Shown here: positions 1 to 9,942 of the stretch, in pieces | Layout: each line of letters starts with the position of its first letter | Numbering within the stretch: the first letter of the stretch is position 1 | From: Candidatus Lustribacter sp. | GTDB lineage: Bacteria; Vulcanimicrobiota; Vulcanimicrobiia; Vulcanimicrobiales; Vulcanimicrobiaceae | Assembly: GCA_965277805.1 (NCBI GenBank) | Contig: OZ255842.1 | Coordinates: 3,232,001 to 3,296,000, forward strand | Reading direction: 5' to 3' | DNA length: 64,000 nt | Position numbers and translations under genes: made by a program | Notes under the pieces: model-generated | What the model saw: only the letters and a program-made list of their open reading frames with translations | Databases searched by the model: none | Told to the model about the DNA's origin: nothing

Positions 1-62
1 CGCTCCCGATCAATACGCTTCAGGGATTCGGCCAAGGCATCTACGTCAACATAAACGCGTAG
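1..62 (+). CDS. 3' end of a gene entering the window (partial)
   Basis: Open frame ...LPINTLQGFGQGIYVNINA ending in TAG at 60-62, followed by hairpins and the convergent proA. Confidence 0.4.
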   Translation, partial: LPINTLQGFGQGIYVNINA

Positions 63-120
63 CGAAGCGAAGGCGGCTTGGGCGAAGCCCAAACGCGAAG
101 GATTCACGGAACGTGAATCC
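56..120. repeat. Cluster of GAA-loop hairpins (REP-like or bidirectional terminator) between convergent genes
   Basis: GCGAAGC 62-68, TTGGGC-GAA-GCCCAA 78-92, GGATTCACG-GAA-CGTGAATCC 100-120. Confidence 0.6.
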
Positions 121-122
121 AC

Positions 123-1403
123 TCAGGGACGGATTTGGCCGGTGCCTCGCACGAGGTACTTGTAGCTGGTGAGTTGTTCCGCGCCGACCGGACCACGGGG
201 CGGCAGACGGCCGGTGGAGATGCCGATCTCGGCACCCATTCCGAATTCACCGCCGTCGGCAAATTGCGTCGACGCGTTGTGCAGCACGATCGCGCTTTCG
301 ACTTCGTCCAAAAAGCGCGCCGCGGCATCCGCATTCTCGGTGACGATCGAGTCGGTGTGGTGCGAACCGTAGTGATTGATGTGCGAGATCGCGCCCGCGA
401 CGCCGTCAACCACGCGCACCGCTAGGATCGCATCCAGATATTCGGTCGTCCAATCGTCTTCGGTCGCGGCGAGCGCGAGCGGATCGAGCGCGCGCGTTTC
501 GGCGTCGCCGCGAATCTCGCAGCCGGCCGCGTGCAGATCGGCGAGGATCGGCGGCAAGTGCGTGGCCGCGACCGCGCGATCGACCAGCAACGTTTCCGTC
601 GCGCCGCAGACGCCGGTGCGCCGCATCTTCCCGTTGACGGTTACCGCGCGGCTCTTCGCAAGGTCGGCCCCCGCATCGACGTAGGTGTGGCAGAGACCCT
701 CGAGATGCGCGATCACCGGAATCTTGCTGTCGCGCTGCACGCGTTCGATCAGCGAACGGCCGCCGCGCGGCACGATCACGTCGATCGCTTCGGCCATGCC
801 GAGCATGATGCCGACGGCCGCGCGATCGCGCGTCGGTACGAGTTGCACCGCATCTTCGGGCAAACCGGCTTGCGCGATGCCGCGGCGCAAACACGCCGCA
901 ATCGCGCCGGACGACGCGAAGCTCTCCGAACCGCCGCGTAAGATAACGGCGTTACCGGCACGCAAACACAAGCCGCCCGCATCGGCGGTGACGTTGGGGC
1001 GCGATTCGTAGATGATGCCGATGACGCCGATCGGAATGCGCACGCGCGCGATGTCGAGGCCGTTGGGGCGCGTCCAGCGCGCGAGTTCGGTGCCGATCGG
1101 ATCGGGCAGCGCGGCCATCGTTTCAAGCCCGACGGCCATTTCCTCGACCCGCTTGTCGTTGAGCAGCAACCGGTCGAGTAGCGCGCCGGAAACGCCGGCC
1201 GTTTTCGCCGCCGCCATATCCGCGGCGTTCGCAGCCAGAATCTCCGCGCGCGCGGCACGCACCGCTTGCGCGGCGTGCTGCAGCGCGGCCGTCTTCTGCG
1301 CGGCCGGCGCGCGCGCGAGCACGCCCGCGGCTTCGCGGGCCGCCGCTGCGATCGAGCGCATCTCACGATCGAGATCCGTTATACCGGGTTGAACTGCCGT
1401 CAT
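123..1403 (-). CDS. proA: Glutamate-5-semialdehyde dehydrogenase
   Basis: [47 protein letters not shown] motifs; overlaps proB stop. Confidence 0.97.
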   Translation of the reverse strand: MTAVQPGITDLDREMRSIAAAAREAAGVLARAPAAQKTAALQHAAQAVRAARAEILAANAADMAAAKTAGVSGALLDRLLLNDKRVEEMAVGLETMAALPDPIGTELARWTRPNGLDIARVRIPIGVIGIIYESRPNVTADAGGLCLRAGNAVILRGGSESFASSGAIAACLRRGIAQAGLPEDAVQLVPTRDRAAVGIMLGMAEAIDVIVPRGGRSLIERVQRDSKIPVIAHLEGLCHTYVDAGADLAKSRAVTVNGKMRRTGVCGATETLLVDRAVAATHLPPILADLHAAGCEIRGDAETRALDPLALAATEDDWTTEYLDAILAVRVVDGVAGAISHINHYGSHHTDSIVTENADAAARFLDEVESAIVLHNASTQFADGGEFGMGAEIGISTGRLPPRGPVGAEQLTSYKYLVRGTGQIRP

Positions 1404-2557
1404 AGTCGTTTTCCGCTTACCACCAGGTCGTCGCGATGGATCATTTCGTCGCGGCCGCGATAGCCGAGGATGGCCTCGATCTCGCTGCTGCGATGCCCGG
1501 CGATCGCTTGCGCGTCAACGCTCGAATACGCCGAGAGCCCGCGCGCGAGCTCGAGCCCGGCACGGCTGCGCACAATAACCGCATCACCTTGCTCGAAGGT
1601 TCCCTCAACCGCAATTACGCCCGCCGGCAGCAGGCTCGTACCGCGCGCGAGCGCGCTGACCGCGCCGTCGTCGACGACGAGCGCGCCCGTGACGTTGACC
1701 GCGCCCGCGATCCAGCGTTTGCGCGCCGTGCCCGGTTCCGCATCGGGAATGAACCACGTCGCGCGCGCGCCCGCTTCGATCGCCGCCAGCGGGTGCAGTT
1801 CTTCACCGCGCGCGATCACCATGCGGCAGCCCGCCGCCATCGCGATGCGCGCGGCCACGAGCTTCGTCACCATTCCGCCCGAACTGTAGCCCACGGGCGC
1901 GCGTCCCGCCATCGCTTCGATCTCGGGAGTGATGTCGCGAACTTCCGGCAGATGCCGCGCGGCAGAATCGCGCCGCGGATCGGCCGTATATAAACCGTCG
2001 ACATCGGAGAGCAGCACCAGCGTGTCGGCGCTGATCATCTGCGCGACGCGCGCCGCCAAACGGTCGTTGTCGCCGAATCGGATCTCGGCCGTGGCGACCG
2101 TATCGTTCTCGTTGATTACCGGCACCGCGCCGAGCGCGAGCAGCTGTTCGATCGTGGCGCGCGCGTTCAGGTGACGGCTGCGCTCCTCGGTGTCGTCGGG
2201 GGTGAGCAGAATCTGTGCGACGCTGATGTCGTGACGCGCGAGCGCTTCGAGATACGCGTGCGCGAGACGGATCTGTCCGGCCGCCGCCGCGGCCTGCTTC
2301 TCTTCGAGCCGTAGCGTACGGCCGACGAGACCGAGATGACGCCGTCCGACCGCGATCGCGCCCGAAGAGACCAGCACCACGTCTTGTCCGCGGGCGCGGC
2401 AGCGCGCAATGTCTTCAGCGAGCGCCGCCAGCCAATCGCGGCGGATGTCGCCCGACGCTTCGTCGACCAGCAGCGCCGAGCCGGCCTTGACGATCAGGCG
2501 GCGCGCGGAAGCGAGCCCGGTGGACGCCGCGAGCTCCGCGGCAGGACGCGACGTCAT
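1400..2557 (-). CDS. proB: Glutamate 5-kinase with PUA domain
   Basis: [34 protein letters not shown]-terminal IHRDDL. Confidence 0.97.
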   Translation of the reverse strand: MTSRPAAELAASTGLASARRLIVKAGSALLVDEASGDIRRDWLAALAEDIARCRARGQDVVLVSSGAIAVGRRHLGLVGRTLRLEEKQAAAAAGQIRLAHAYLEALARHDISVAQILLTPDDTEERSRHLNARATIEQLLALGAVPVINENDTVATAEIRFGDNDRLAARVAQMISADTLVLLSDVDGLYTADPRRDSAARHLPEVRDITPEIEAMAGRAPVGYSSGGMVTKLVAARIAMAAGCRMVIARGEELHPLAAIEAGARATWFIPDAEPGTARKRWIAGAVNVTGALVVDDGAVSALARGTSLLPAGVIAVEGTFEQGDAVIVRSRAGLELARGLSAYSSVDAQAIAGHRSSEIEAILGYRGRDEMIHRDDLVVSGKRL

Positions 2558-3405
2558 CAGCCGGCGCCGTCGAGATGATTGCGCGCTTCTTCGACCGCGC
2601 GCGCCAGCACCGAGCGCAGCTTGCCGTCTTCCATCACGAGCAGCGCGGCGATCGTGCAGCCGGCGGGCGTCGTCACGTCGTCGCGCAACGCGGCCGGATG
2701 ACGATCGTTCTCCTGCACCATCACGGCGGCGCCGAGCACCGTCTGCGCCACCAGCGTCATGGCGACGTCGCGCGGCAAACCGATCCGCACGCCCGCGTCG
2801 GCCAGCGCTTCAATGATGAGGTAAACGTAGGCGGGACCGCTGCCGCTGATTGCGGTGACCGCGTTGAGCTGACGCTCTTCAATCGTGATGCACAACCCGA
2901 CGGCGCCGAAGAGGCGCTCTGCAATCGCGAGGTGCGCCGCCTTCGCGTGGCTGCCGCCGGAGATCGCCGTCATGCCCCGCCCGACGAACGACGGCGTGTT
3001 GGGCATCGCACGCACCACCGGATTCGCCGTGCCGAGCGCCGCCTCGATGCGCGCGATCGAGACGCCGGCCGCTACCGAGATCACGAGCGCCTCGGGCTCC
3101 AGGCCGGCGGCGACGAGTTCGCGCAGCGCCGCCTCGAGCTGGGCCGGCTTCACGGCCAGCAGCAGCACGTCGCTCCCGGCGGTCAGCTCCGCATACGAGG
3201 TGTGCGCCGCAATGCCGAACTCGTTGGCAACCATCTGCGCGGACGCGGCGGATTTGGTCGCGGCCCAGACCGCATCGAGGGGAACGCCGCTACCCAGCAC
3301 GCCCCGCAGGAGCGCGCCGCCCATCGCCCCGGCACCGATAATGCCGAGCCGCGAACCGGGTGCGAGGGCCGCAGCGGGCCCGTCAATCGAGATTTCCACG
3401 ACCAA
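2557..3405 (-). CDS. proC: Pyrroline-5-carboxylate reductase
   Basis: [33 protein letters not shown] motifs. Confidence 0.95.
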   Translation of the reverse strand: MVVEISIDGPAAALAPGSRLGIIGAGAMGGALLRGVLGSGVPLDAVWAATKSAASAQMVANEFGIAAHTSYAELTAGSDVLLLAVKPAQLEAALRELVAAGLEPEALVISVAAGVSIARIEAALGTANPVVRAMPNTPSFVGRGMTAISGGSHAKAAHLAIAERLFGAVGLCITIEERQLNAVTAISGSGPAYVYLIIEALADAGVRIGLPRDVAMTLVAQTVLGAAVMVQENDRHPAALRDDVTTPAGCTIAALLVMEDGKLRSVLARAVEEARNHLDGAG

Positions 3406-3522
3406 TTACGGTTCTGGGCGCTCGAGTTGGGTTCCCGGGAAGCAATGACGGCTAGCGGGGAACGCCAGGCTGCACGCCGGAACTCCAACACGGAATTCAG
3501 TTCCGGGAGGACGCCTTTCGTC

Positions 3523-5415
3523 ATGCAAGAGCTGTTCAAACAATACCTCGACCAAAATATCTCGCGGGGCAAACTGCTCCAAGGCCTCGGCGCCGTCGGC
3601 CTGAGCGCTGCAGCGGCGAGCACGATCGCCGAATCGCTGGCGCCGGTGAACGTCAGCGCGGCGACCGCGGCGGGCGCGGTCCGCAACCTGCGCGATACCG
3701 GCGGCACGCTCTTCGTGCAACAGCTCAAGGCCGCGGGCGTGAAGTACTACTTCTTCAACCCGTCGACCGGCGATGCGCCGATCTTCAACGCGATCGCCAA
3801 CGAGCCGAGCATCCAGCTCATCAAGGGCATTCAAGAAGGCGTGGTCATCGCGATGGCCGACGGCTACTCGCGGATGTCGGGCAAGACCGGCGTGTGCACG
3901 ATCGCCAACGTCGGTTTGCCCAACGGCATGACGCAGCTCGTCAACGCCTACAAGGACCGCATACCGCTGCTGCTGGTCATCGCTGCCTTCGGAACGCAGC
4001 AATCGGGCCGCGACGGCCCGCAAGACTACGATCATCAGGAAACGATGCTGCAGCCGCTGACCAAATGGTATTGGATGGCGGAATCGGGCGCCGCCATTCC
4101 GGAGACGACGCGCCGCGCGATGAAGTTCGCCACGACGCCGCCGGGCGGCCCGGTGTTCGTCTCGATTCCCGATGACATCCTCGGCCAGCCCGCCGCCGCC
4201 GACATCTACGACCAGTCGGGCTACGACGTGCCGGTGAAGATTCGCGCCGATGCGTCCGACGTCGAAAAAGTCGCGCGCATGCTGATCGAAGCGAAGAACC
4301 CGCTGCTCTCGGTCGGCGACGAGATCACGATGTGCAACGGCGAGGCCGAAGTGTTGCAGCTGGCCGAACTGCTCGGCTTGCCGGCGGCGGGCGGCGGCGA
4401 ATTCGGCGTTTGGTCGAAACCGTTCCCGACGATGCACCCGCTCTACCTCGGGCCCGTGCTCAAGAACATGAAGTACCCGGGCGACGTCGACGTGCGGCTG
4501 AACATCGGCAACCAGTACGGCGAGGTTTCCGGGCCGAACACGACGCTGATTTCGATACGCCGCGATCCGACGAGCCTCGGCCGCGTGGGTCCGGTCGACA
4601 TGGGGCTCGTGGCCGACAGTAAACTCGCCGCTGCCGATCTCGTTGCGGCGGTGAAGAGCATCGCGACCGCCGATCGTTTGCGTCAGATCGCCGCCGGCCG
4701 TCTCGCGCGCACCAAAGCCTACACCGACGGCATGAAAAAGATGCGCGAAGCAATGCTCACCGGGTTCCCGAGCGCCGACGGCGGGCCGGTAACGCTCGAA
4801 CGGCTGGCGTACGAACTCGAGAACGGGCTCGAGAAAGATACGATCTACGTCAACGACACCGACTCCGGCAAGAAGATGGACGTCTTCATGACCTTCGGCG
4901 CCGGCGGAAAAACTTACGTCGGCAACGGTCCGAACATTCTGGGCTGGGGACTCTCGGCCGGCGCCGGCGCCAAACTTGCGCGGCCGGATTCGCCGGTCGT
5001 CGCGATCCTCGGCGACGGCGCGTTCCTCTTCGGCGGCCCGCAACCGCTGTGGAGTCAAGCCCGCTATAACATTCCGGTCTTGAACATCGTGCTGAACAAC
5101 CGCAGCTACAACAACGAGCGCAACCGCATCTGGACGTTCGTCTCGGGACAGCAATTCAAATCCGGTCTCGACATGACGTGCTACAACGGCTCGCCCGACG
5201 TCGACTTCGTCAAGGCGTCGCAAGCATTCGGCGTCGAGGGCGAGCTGGTGAAAGAGCCGGGCCAGATCAAGGCCGCGATCGCGCGTGGGAAACGCGCGAC
5301 CGCAGAAGGGAGACCGTACTTGCTGGAAGTTCTCATTCAACGAGACGGCGTCGGCGCCGGTTCGACCTGGTATCCGCCGTTCTCCGTTGCGGCGATGCGG
5401 ACGCGCCATGTATAA
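3523..5415 (+). CDS. Thiamine-diphosphate-dependent enzyme (benzoylformate decarboxylase/acetolactate synthase family) with signal-like N-terminal extension
   Basis: IQEGVVIAMADGY (catalytic Glu) and GDGAFLFG...LNNRSY ThDP/Mg motif; GGGAGG RBS at 3505-3510 before ATG 3523. Confidence 0.9.
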   Translation: MQELFKQYLDQNISRGKLLQGLGAVGLSAAAASTIAESLAPVNVSAATAAGAVRNLRDTGGTLFVQQLKAAGVKYYFFNPSTGDAPIFNAIANEPSIQLIKGIQEGVVIAMADGYSRMSGKTGVCTIANVGLPNGMTQLVNAYKDRIPLLLVIAAFGTQQSGRDGPQDYDHQETMLQPLTKWYWMAESGAAIPETTRRAMKFATTPPGGPVFVSIPDDILGQPAAADIYDQSGYDVPVKIRADASDVEKVARMLIEAKNPLLSVGDEITMCNGEAEVLQLAELLGLPAAGGGEFGVWSKPFPTMHPLYLGPVLKNMKYPGDVDVRLNIGNQYGEVSGPNTTLISIRRDPTSLGRVGPVDMGLVADSKLAAADLVAAVKSIATADRLRQIAAGRLARTKAYTDGMKKMREAMLTGFPSADGGPVTLERLAYELENGLEKDTIYVNDTDSGKKMDVFMTFGAGGKTYVGNGPNILGWGLSAGAGAKLARPDSPVVAILGDGAFLFGGPQPLWSQARYNIPVLNIVLNNRSYNNERNRIWTFVSGQQFKSGLDMTCYNGSPDVDFVKASQAFGVEGELVKEPGQIKAAIARGKRATAEGRPYLLEVLIQRDGVGAGSTWYPPFSVAAMRTRHV

Positions 5416-5929
5416 ACCGGCGCTCTTTCTCTTCGCGCTCGTGGCGGCGCTCGGCGCCGCCGCGCTGCCGCTGCGCGCACAGCAAGACAACAACCCGCTG
5501 CCGCCCGGCGACGGCCGCGACATTGTCGCGGTCACCTGTTCGCAATGTCACGGCCTCAATGCACTCACGCAACTGCGCCAAGGCGCGAAGGCGTGGCGCC
5601 ACCAGATCTACGACATGATCGAGCGCGGCGCGCAGGTCTCGCCGAGCGAGATCGACGTGATGGTCAACTATCTCACAACGCACCTCGGTCCGGGCATCCC
5701 GTATCCCGGTCCGTCGCCCGCGCACGTCGATTTGCCCGCCGGCACCGGGGCCGACATCGTGCAGAGCCGGTGCAGTCTCTGTCACGGCGTCGACCGCGTC
5801 GTCGCGACCAAACGCACGCGCGCGCAGTGGACCAGCATCGTGAACCGGATGGTCTACCTCGGCGCCCCGCTCAGCGCCGGCCAGCAAAAAACCGTCCTCG
5901 ATTATCTAAGCACGAATTACAGTAACTAA
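5408..5929 (+). CDS. Secreted di-heme cytochrome c (two tandem domains)
   Basis: Sec signal MYKPALFLFALVAALGAAALPLRA; CSQCH and CSLCH, each followed by W...M...GA...YL; ATG overlaps end of the upstream gene. Confidence 0.88.
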   Translation: MYKPALFLFALVAALGAAALPLRAQQDNNPLPPGDGRDIVAVTCSQCHGLNALTQLRQGAKAWRHQIYDMIERGAQVSPSEIDVMVNYLTTHLGPGIPYPGPSPAHVDLPAGTGADIVQSRCSLCHGVDRVVATKRTRAQWTSIVNRMVYLGAPLSAGQQKTVLDYLSTNYSN

Positions 5930-6891
5930 GGCTTCGCTACGCTCGGATCGACGAGCTCGCGCGCCGGGAACGGATGCGCGATGAGTTTGTATTTTGCCGC
6001 GAGATCGATCAGCGGCTGAATCTCCGAGAGGTGCAGCACCGTCCCCAGTTCGGGGCGGTTCGCGTGCTCGATCGTCTCGAGCGTCTGGCCGGTGAACGCG
6101 GCGAGCATCGCGGCGGTTTCGGCATGATGCGCGTTCGTGTACGCGGTCGATTCGGCCACGGTGCGCGCGAAGGCTTGCACGAGATCGGGATGTTTGGCCG
6201 CCCAATCCGACGATGCGAACCAGCCCGAGTACGGAAATTCGGGCGCGACCGCGTCCATGGCGGGCGCAAGAATACGCACGTTGCCCGATGCGAGCGCGGT
6301 AGCCAGCGCCGTGTCGTTCATCAGCGCGGCGTCGACGCGGTGCAGTTCGATCGCCGCTTGCGCGGCGCTGATCGGGATCTCGACGAACTTCAGCGTGCGT
6401 GAATCGCCGCCGTGTTTGTCGACCCAGTTCGAGATGACGAGCGTCGAGAGCGAATCCAGCGCCGGCGTCGCGATCGTTTTGCCGTTGAGATCCTTGCCGC
6501 TGCTCGCCGTCGAGTCGTGCGCGACGACGAGTTCCGAAAACGGCGTCTTGCTGTAGTACGTGCCGGCCGGGGCCAGCAGCGTGAAGCCGACGCCGCGCAC
6601 GTGCGCGCTCATCAGCGTGACGAGGTTGGAAAGGCCGATATCGAACGAGCCGGCCAAGACGGCGGCGGCGATCGCGGCGCCGCTGCCGGCGCGCTCGATC
6701 TGCACGTCGATTCCGGCTTTGGCGAAGAGCCCGGCCTTTTGCGCGTAGAGGATCGGCGTCGCATCGTCGGTCGCGATGGTCTGGATGCGCACGGTTTGCA
6801 GCGGCGCCGCAGCCACGCGGGCCGGCACTGCGGTCAGCGCGACGAGAAGCGCGAGCAAAGCCGCGCTGAGGGAGTTGCCGGCACCGAACAT
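5926..6891 (-). CDS. ABC substrate-binding protein, SsuA/THI5/NMT1-like
   Basis: Signal peptide, GLFAKAGIDV, KDLNGKTIA, QPLIDLAAKY family pattern. Confidence 0.85.
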   Translation of the reverse strand: MFGAGNSLSAALLALLVALTAVPARVAAAPLQTVRIQTIATDDATPILYAQKAGLFAKAGIDVQIERAGSGAAIAAAVLAGSFDIGLSNLVTLMSAHVRGVGFTLLAPAGTYYSKTPFSELVVAHDSTASSGKDLNGKTIATPALDSLSTLVISNWVDKHGGDSRTLKFVEIPISAAQAAIELHRVDAALMNDTALATALASGNVRILAPAMDAVAPEFPYSGWFASSDWAAKHPDLVQAFARTVAESTAYTNAHHAETAAMLAAFTGQTLETIEHANRPELGTVLHLSEIQPLIDLAAKYKLIAHPFPARELVDPSVAKP

Positions 6892-6904
6892 ACCGGCCCC
6901 TTTG

Positions 6905-8158
6905 TCACCGCGCCGGGCGGTACCCGTCGGTCAACGTTTGCAAGAAGGCGATGATGTCGAGTTCCTGCTGTGGGCTCAGCGCCGGCGCGGCCCCGGCTTT
7001 ACGGTCGAACGGGGCATCGGCGATGTCGAGATTAGCACGCGCGGACGGCGGCAGATCGTCGGGCGCACCGTGACGGTAGATGCGCTGCGGACGCGTGCTG
7101 CGGAAATCGTAGAAGTCGAGCACCGCTTGCAGCGTGTGATAGACGCCGTTGTGGAAGAACGTGTGACGCGTTGCGACGTTGCGCAAGGTCGGCGTCAGAA
7201 ACATTCCGCAGTACGGCGCAGCACGCTTCATGTCGGTGCGGATCGGACCGCAGATGCCGAGATCGAAGTAGCGTGGATTGCGGTTTGCGGCGAGCGTCAT
7301 GTTCCGCGGCGCACCGAGCGCTTCGAACTGATGGTCGGTGAAGAGCGGCGGCAATCCGTTCGCATCGGGGCGGTCGAGATGACAGGCGGCGCAATTCGCG
7401 CCGTTGGGATCGCGAAAAAGCGTATAGCCGCGCGCTTCTGCCGCCGAGAAGCGCGCCTTGCCCTCGAGCCACGCATCGTATTTGCTCGAGTACGGATGGA
7501 ACGACGGATCCTCGATTTGGTAGCGCGCGACGGCGAACAACGCCTCGCCCACGGCCATGCTGGCGCGATCGAAGATTCGCGGGCCGAACAGCTGCGCGAA
7601 GCGAGCCGCATACGGCGCGCGGCGCAGCTTTTCCGCGACGCGTCCGACGCTGCCGCCGTTCATCTCGAGGGGGTTGAGCACCGGCTCGAGCGCCTGGCTT
7701 TGCAGCGTGTTGACGCGGCCGTCCCAGAACAAGCCGCCCTGCGGCACGAGATTCTGTGCGCTCTGCGCCGTATTCTGCGCGCTCTTCACCGCAAGCGCCG
7801 GCGCGTTCGACGATAGCGGCGAGGGAGTGGCTTCGTTCTCCGCATCATCCGGACCGATGCTGAAGTTCGGCTGCCGTTCGAGATACATCAGCGACGGAAT
7901 GGCGCGCACGCCCGCCGGTACGGCCAAATCGGCGGGCGGACCGTACGCGTGCTGCGGGCTGTGACACGACGCGCACGACAGCGCGCCCGACGATGACAGC
8001 GTCGGATCGAAGAACACAAGCCGGCCCAATTGCGCCATCGCGGACAACGGCGCAACCTCCGGACGCATCAGGCGAACCGGGTGCGGATTGCCCCCGTCCG
8101 GACGCACCGCGCTCAGCGCAACGGCAACGACGCCCGCGAGGGCGAGCGTTCGCGTCAG
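6905..8158 (-). CDS. Di-heme cytochrome c peroxidase/MauG-like protein
   Basis: LGRLVFFDPTLS, CASCH, FWDGR, CAACH, TPTLRNVA, FFHNG; start uncertain (GTG 8107 or CTG 8158). Confidence 0.88.
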   Translation of the reverse strand: MTRTLALAGVVAVALSAVRPDGGNPHPVRLMRPEVAPLSAMAQLGRLVFFDPTLSSSGALSCASCHSPQHAYGPPADLAVPAGVRAIPSLMYLERQPNFSIGPDDAENEATPSPLSSNAPALAVKSAQNTAQSAQNLVPQGGLFWDGRVNTLQSQALEPVLNPLEMNGGSVGRVAEKLRRAPYAARFAQLFGPRIFDRASMAVGEALFAVARYQIEDPSFHPYSSKYDAWLEGKARFSAAEARGYTLFRDPNGANCAACHLDRPDANGLPPLFTDHQFEALGAPRNMTLAANRNPRYFDLGICGPIRTDMKRAAPYCGMFLTPTLRNVATRHTFFHNGVYHTLQAVLDFYDFRSTRPQRIYRHGAPDDLPPSARANLDIADAPFDRKAGAAPALSPQQELDIIAFLQTLTDGYRPAR

Positions 8159-9789
8159 CGCGCGGCTACCGGAATTCCGGTTCGCGGGCTGAGCAAGAGC
8201 TTCGGCGTGCGTCCGCCGCTACGGAAGTCGAACATATCCATGATCGAACCTGCGCTCGCATCGAACGAACCCCCTCCGAGGCGCTCGCCCTTGAGCCAGT
8301 TGTCCTCGATGAAGCGCACGACCGACGCTTGCGAAATGCGCGCGTGGGAAACGGCGTTGCGTTTCGCCCAGGGCGAGATCACGAGAAACGGAATGCGCGT
8401 GCCGGGTCCGCAGCGGCCGTTCACCGGCTTGCCGTTCACCCCCGGCAGCGCGGGGCCCGATCCGCAGGTGCCCAGCCCGTCGAGTTGATCGGCCTGATCG
8501 TACGACGGGCTCGTCGCTTTTACGGACGCATGGTCGTACCAGCCGTCCGAATCATCCCAAGCCAGAATGATCGCGGTGTCTTTCCATTCCGGCCGTTGTT
8601 CGAGAAAGTTCACGAGCGTGACGATTGCCGTTTGCTCGTCGAGCGGATCGGAGTAGCCCGCGTGGCCATCTTGAAACGCGGGCGCTTTGAGGTATGAGAC
8701 GGCCGGAAAATTACCGGCCTTCACCGCGGCATAGAAATCGTTGAGGTCGTAGTTGTGGTTGGCCGGATCCTTCGTGCCGTCGGGATCGTTCGAGTGCCCG
8801 ATCGCTCGGACCGTCAGCGGACGCGCATGTGTCGAGTTGACCGTCGTCGGGTAGTAAGCGAACCAGTTGTGGTGCGGGATGTAATCCGTGACGAGCGCTG
8901 CAACGGTCGTGGAATAGGTCGCCCGCTTGCAGCCGGTCGTGCCGTTCGGATTCGATGCCGTAAGATCGAAGCCGGCCATGAAGCCGCCCCACGTAATGCC
9001 CGCGTCGTTGAGCAGATCGCCGATGTTCTTCCCAGCCATGAACACATCGTCGGTTTGACTCGAGCACGCATCGGAGGCGGGATCGACGTCGTTGATCATC
9101 GTCAAACCGCCTTGACCATCGTTGACGTAGTACGATGGTGCGGCAACGGTCGCAGGCTCTTTCGTCGTGTCGATGGCGAGCATGCCGTTGGTTTGGCCCG
9201 AGATCACGTTGAGTGCGCCGGGCGTCGAGGGACCGTAGACGTCGGTGTAGGCGTTATCGCTCATCGCATAATGCTGCGCGTATTCCCACAGCGCCATCAC
9301 CGTGTTGCCGTCGAAGTAGCCCATCACTTGACCGCGCGAACCGAACGCGCCCACGCCGCCGCTCGTGCCTTTGCCCGTATATTTCGGAAAGAGATCCGCC
9401 TTGCCGCCATCGGTCGCGAGCTGTTCCGCCGTGTACGCGTGGTTCTGATCGGCGGTGTTTGCCTGGGTCCGGTCGAGGCGGAACGGATTGGCAGCGTCGG
9501 CGCCGTTACCGGTATTCGTCAAATTAGGGTTGTAGCGCAAGAACTTCGCCATGGCTAAGTTGTTGACGGCCGGCGTCCCCGGTGCGGCGCGGAACACGGG
9601 CTCGTCGGGTGGATTGGCGGCCTTCGGATACGTCGCGAAGTAGTGATCGAACGAGACGTTCTCACCGTAGAGAACGACGAGGTGTTTGATCGGCGTCGCG
9701 GTCGAGGATCCCGATTGCGCCGCGAGCGGCACCGATCCCGCTGCGGCAAAAAATGAAAGAACAACGCACAATGCGACGACGCGCTTCAT
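8155..9789 (-). CDS. Secreted phosphoesterase, AcpA acid phosphatase/phospholipase C family
   Basis: Signal peptide, IKHLVVLYGENVSFDHYF, YGPSTPGALN, DDSDGWYDH, GPGTRIP. Confidence 0.92.
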   Translation of the reverse strand: MKRVVALCVVLSFFAAAGSVPLAAQSGSSTATPIKHLVVLYGENVSFDHYFATYPKAANPPDEPVFRAAPGTPAVNNLAMAKFLRYNPNLTNTGNGADAANPFRLDRTQANTADQNHAYTAEQLATDGGKADLFPKYTGKGTSGGVGAFGSRGQVMGYFDGNTVMALWEYAQHYAMSDNAYTDVYGPSTPGALNVISGQTNGMLAIDTTKEPATVAAPSYYVNDGQGGLTMINDVDPASDACSSQTDDVFMAGKNIGDLLNDAGITWGGFMAGFDLTASNPNGTTGCKRATYSTTVAALVTDYIPHHNWFAYYPTTVNSTHARPLTVRAIGHSNDPDGTKDPANHNYDLNDFYAAVKAGNFPAVSYLKAPAFQDGHAGYSDPLDEQTAIVTLVNFLEQRPEWKDTAIILAWDDSDGWYDHASVKATSPSYDQADQLDGLGTCGSGPALPGVNGKPVNGRCGPGTRIPFLVISPWAKRNAVSHARISQASVVRFIEDNWLKGERLGGGSFDASAGSIMDMFDFRSGGRTPKLLLSPRTGIPVAAR

Positions 9790-9942
9790 CGCCTAGCAGC
9801 ATACCGCACGAGAGATTAAGGGAACACTAAGGACGCGGGCGGCACGCACGTATTGGTGAGGGGATTAGCAGGGCTTAATTTCGGGGTCGCATACTGCAGT
9901 TAATTCACTTCCCTTTACTGCACGTTCTTCGGGAGGTTGGTC

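Noticed and set aside
2575-3522. 316-aa N-terminal extension making the ThDP ORF 946 aa
   Set aside because: Mostly the antisense shadow of proC; the RBS and domain start point to ATG 3523
9816-9831. TTAAG-N6-CTAAG possible regulator box upstream of the phosphatase
   Set aside because: Too short, and no second copy in the window to support it
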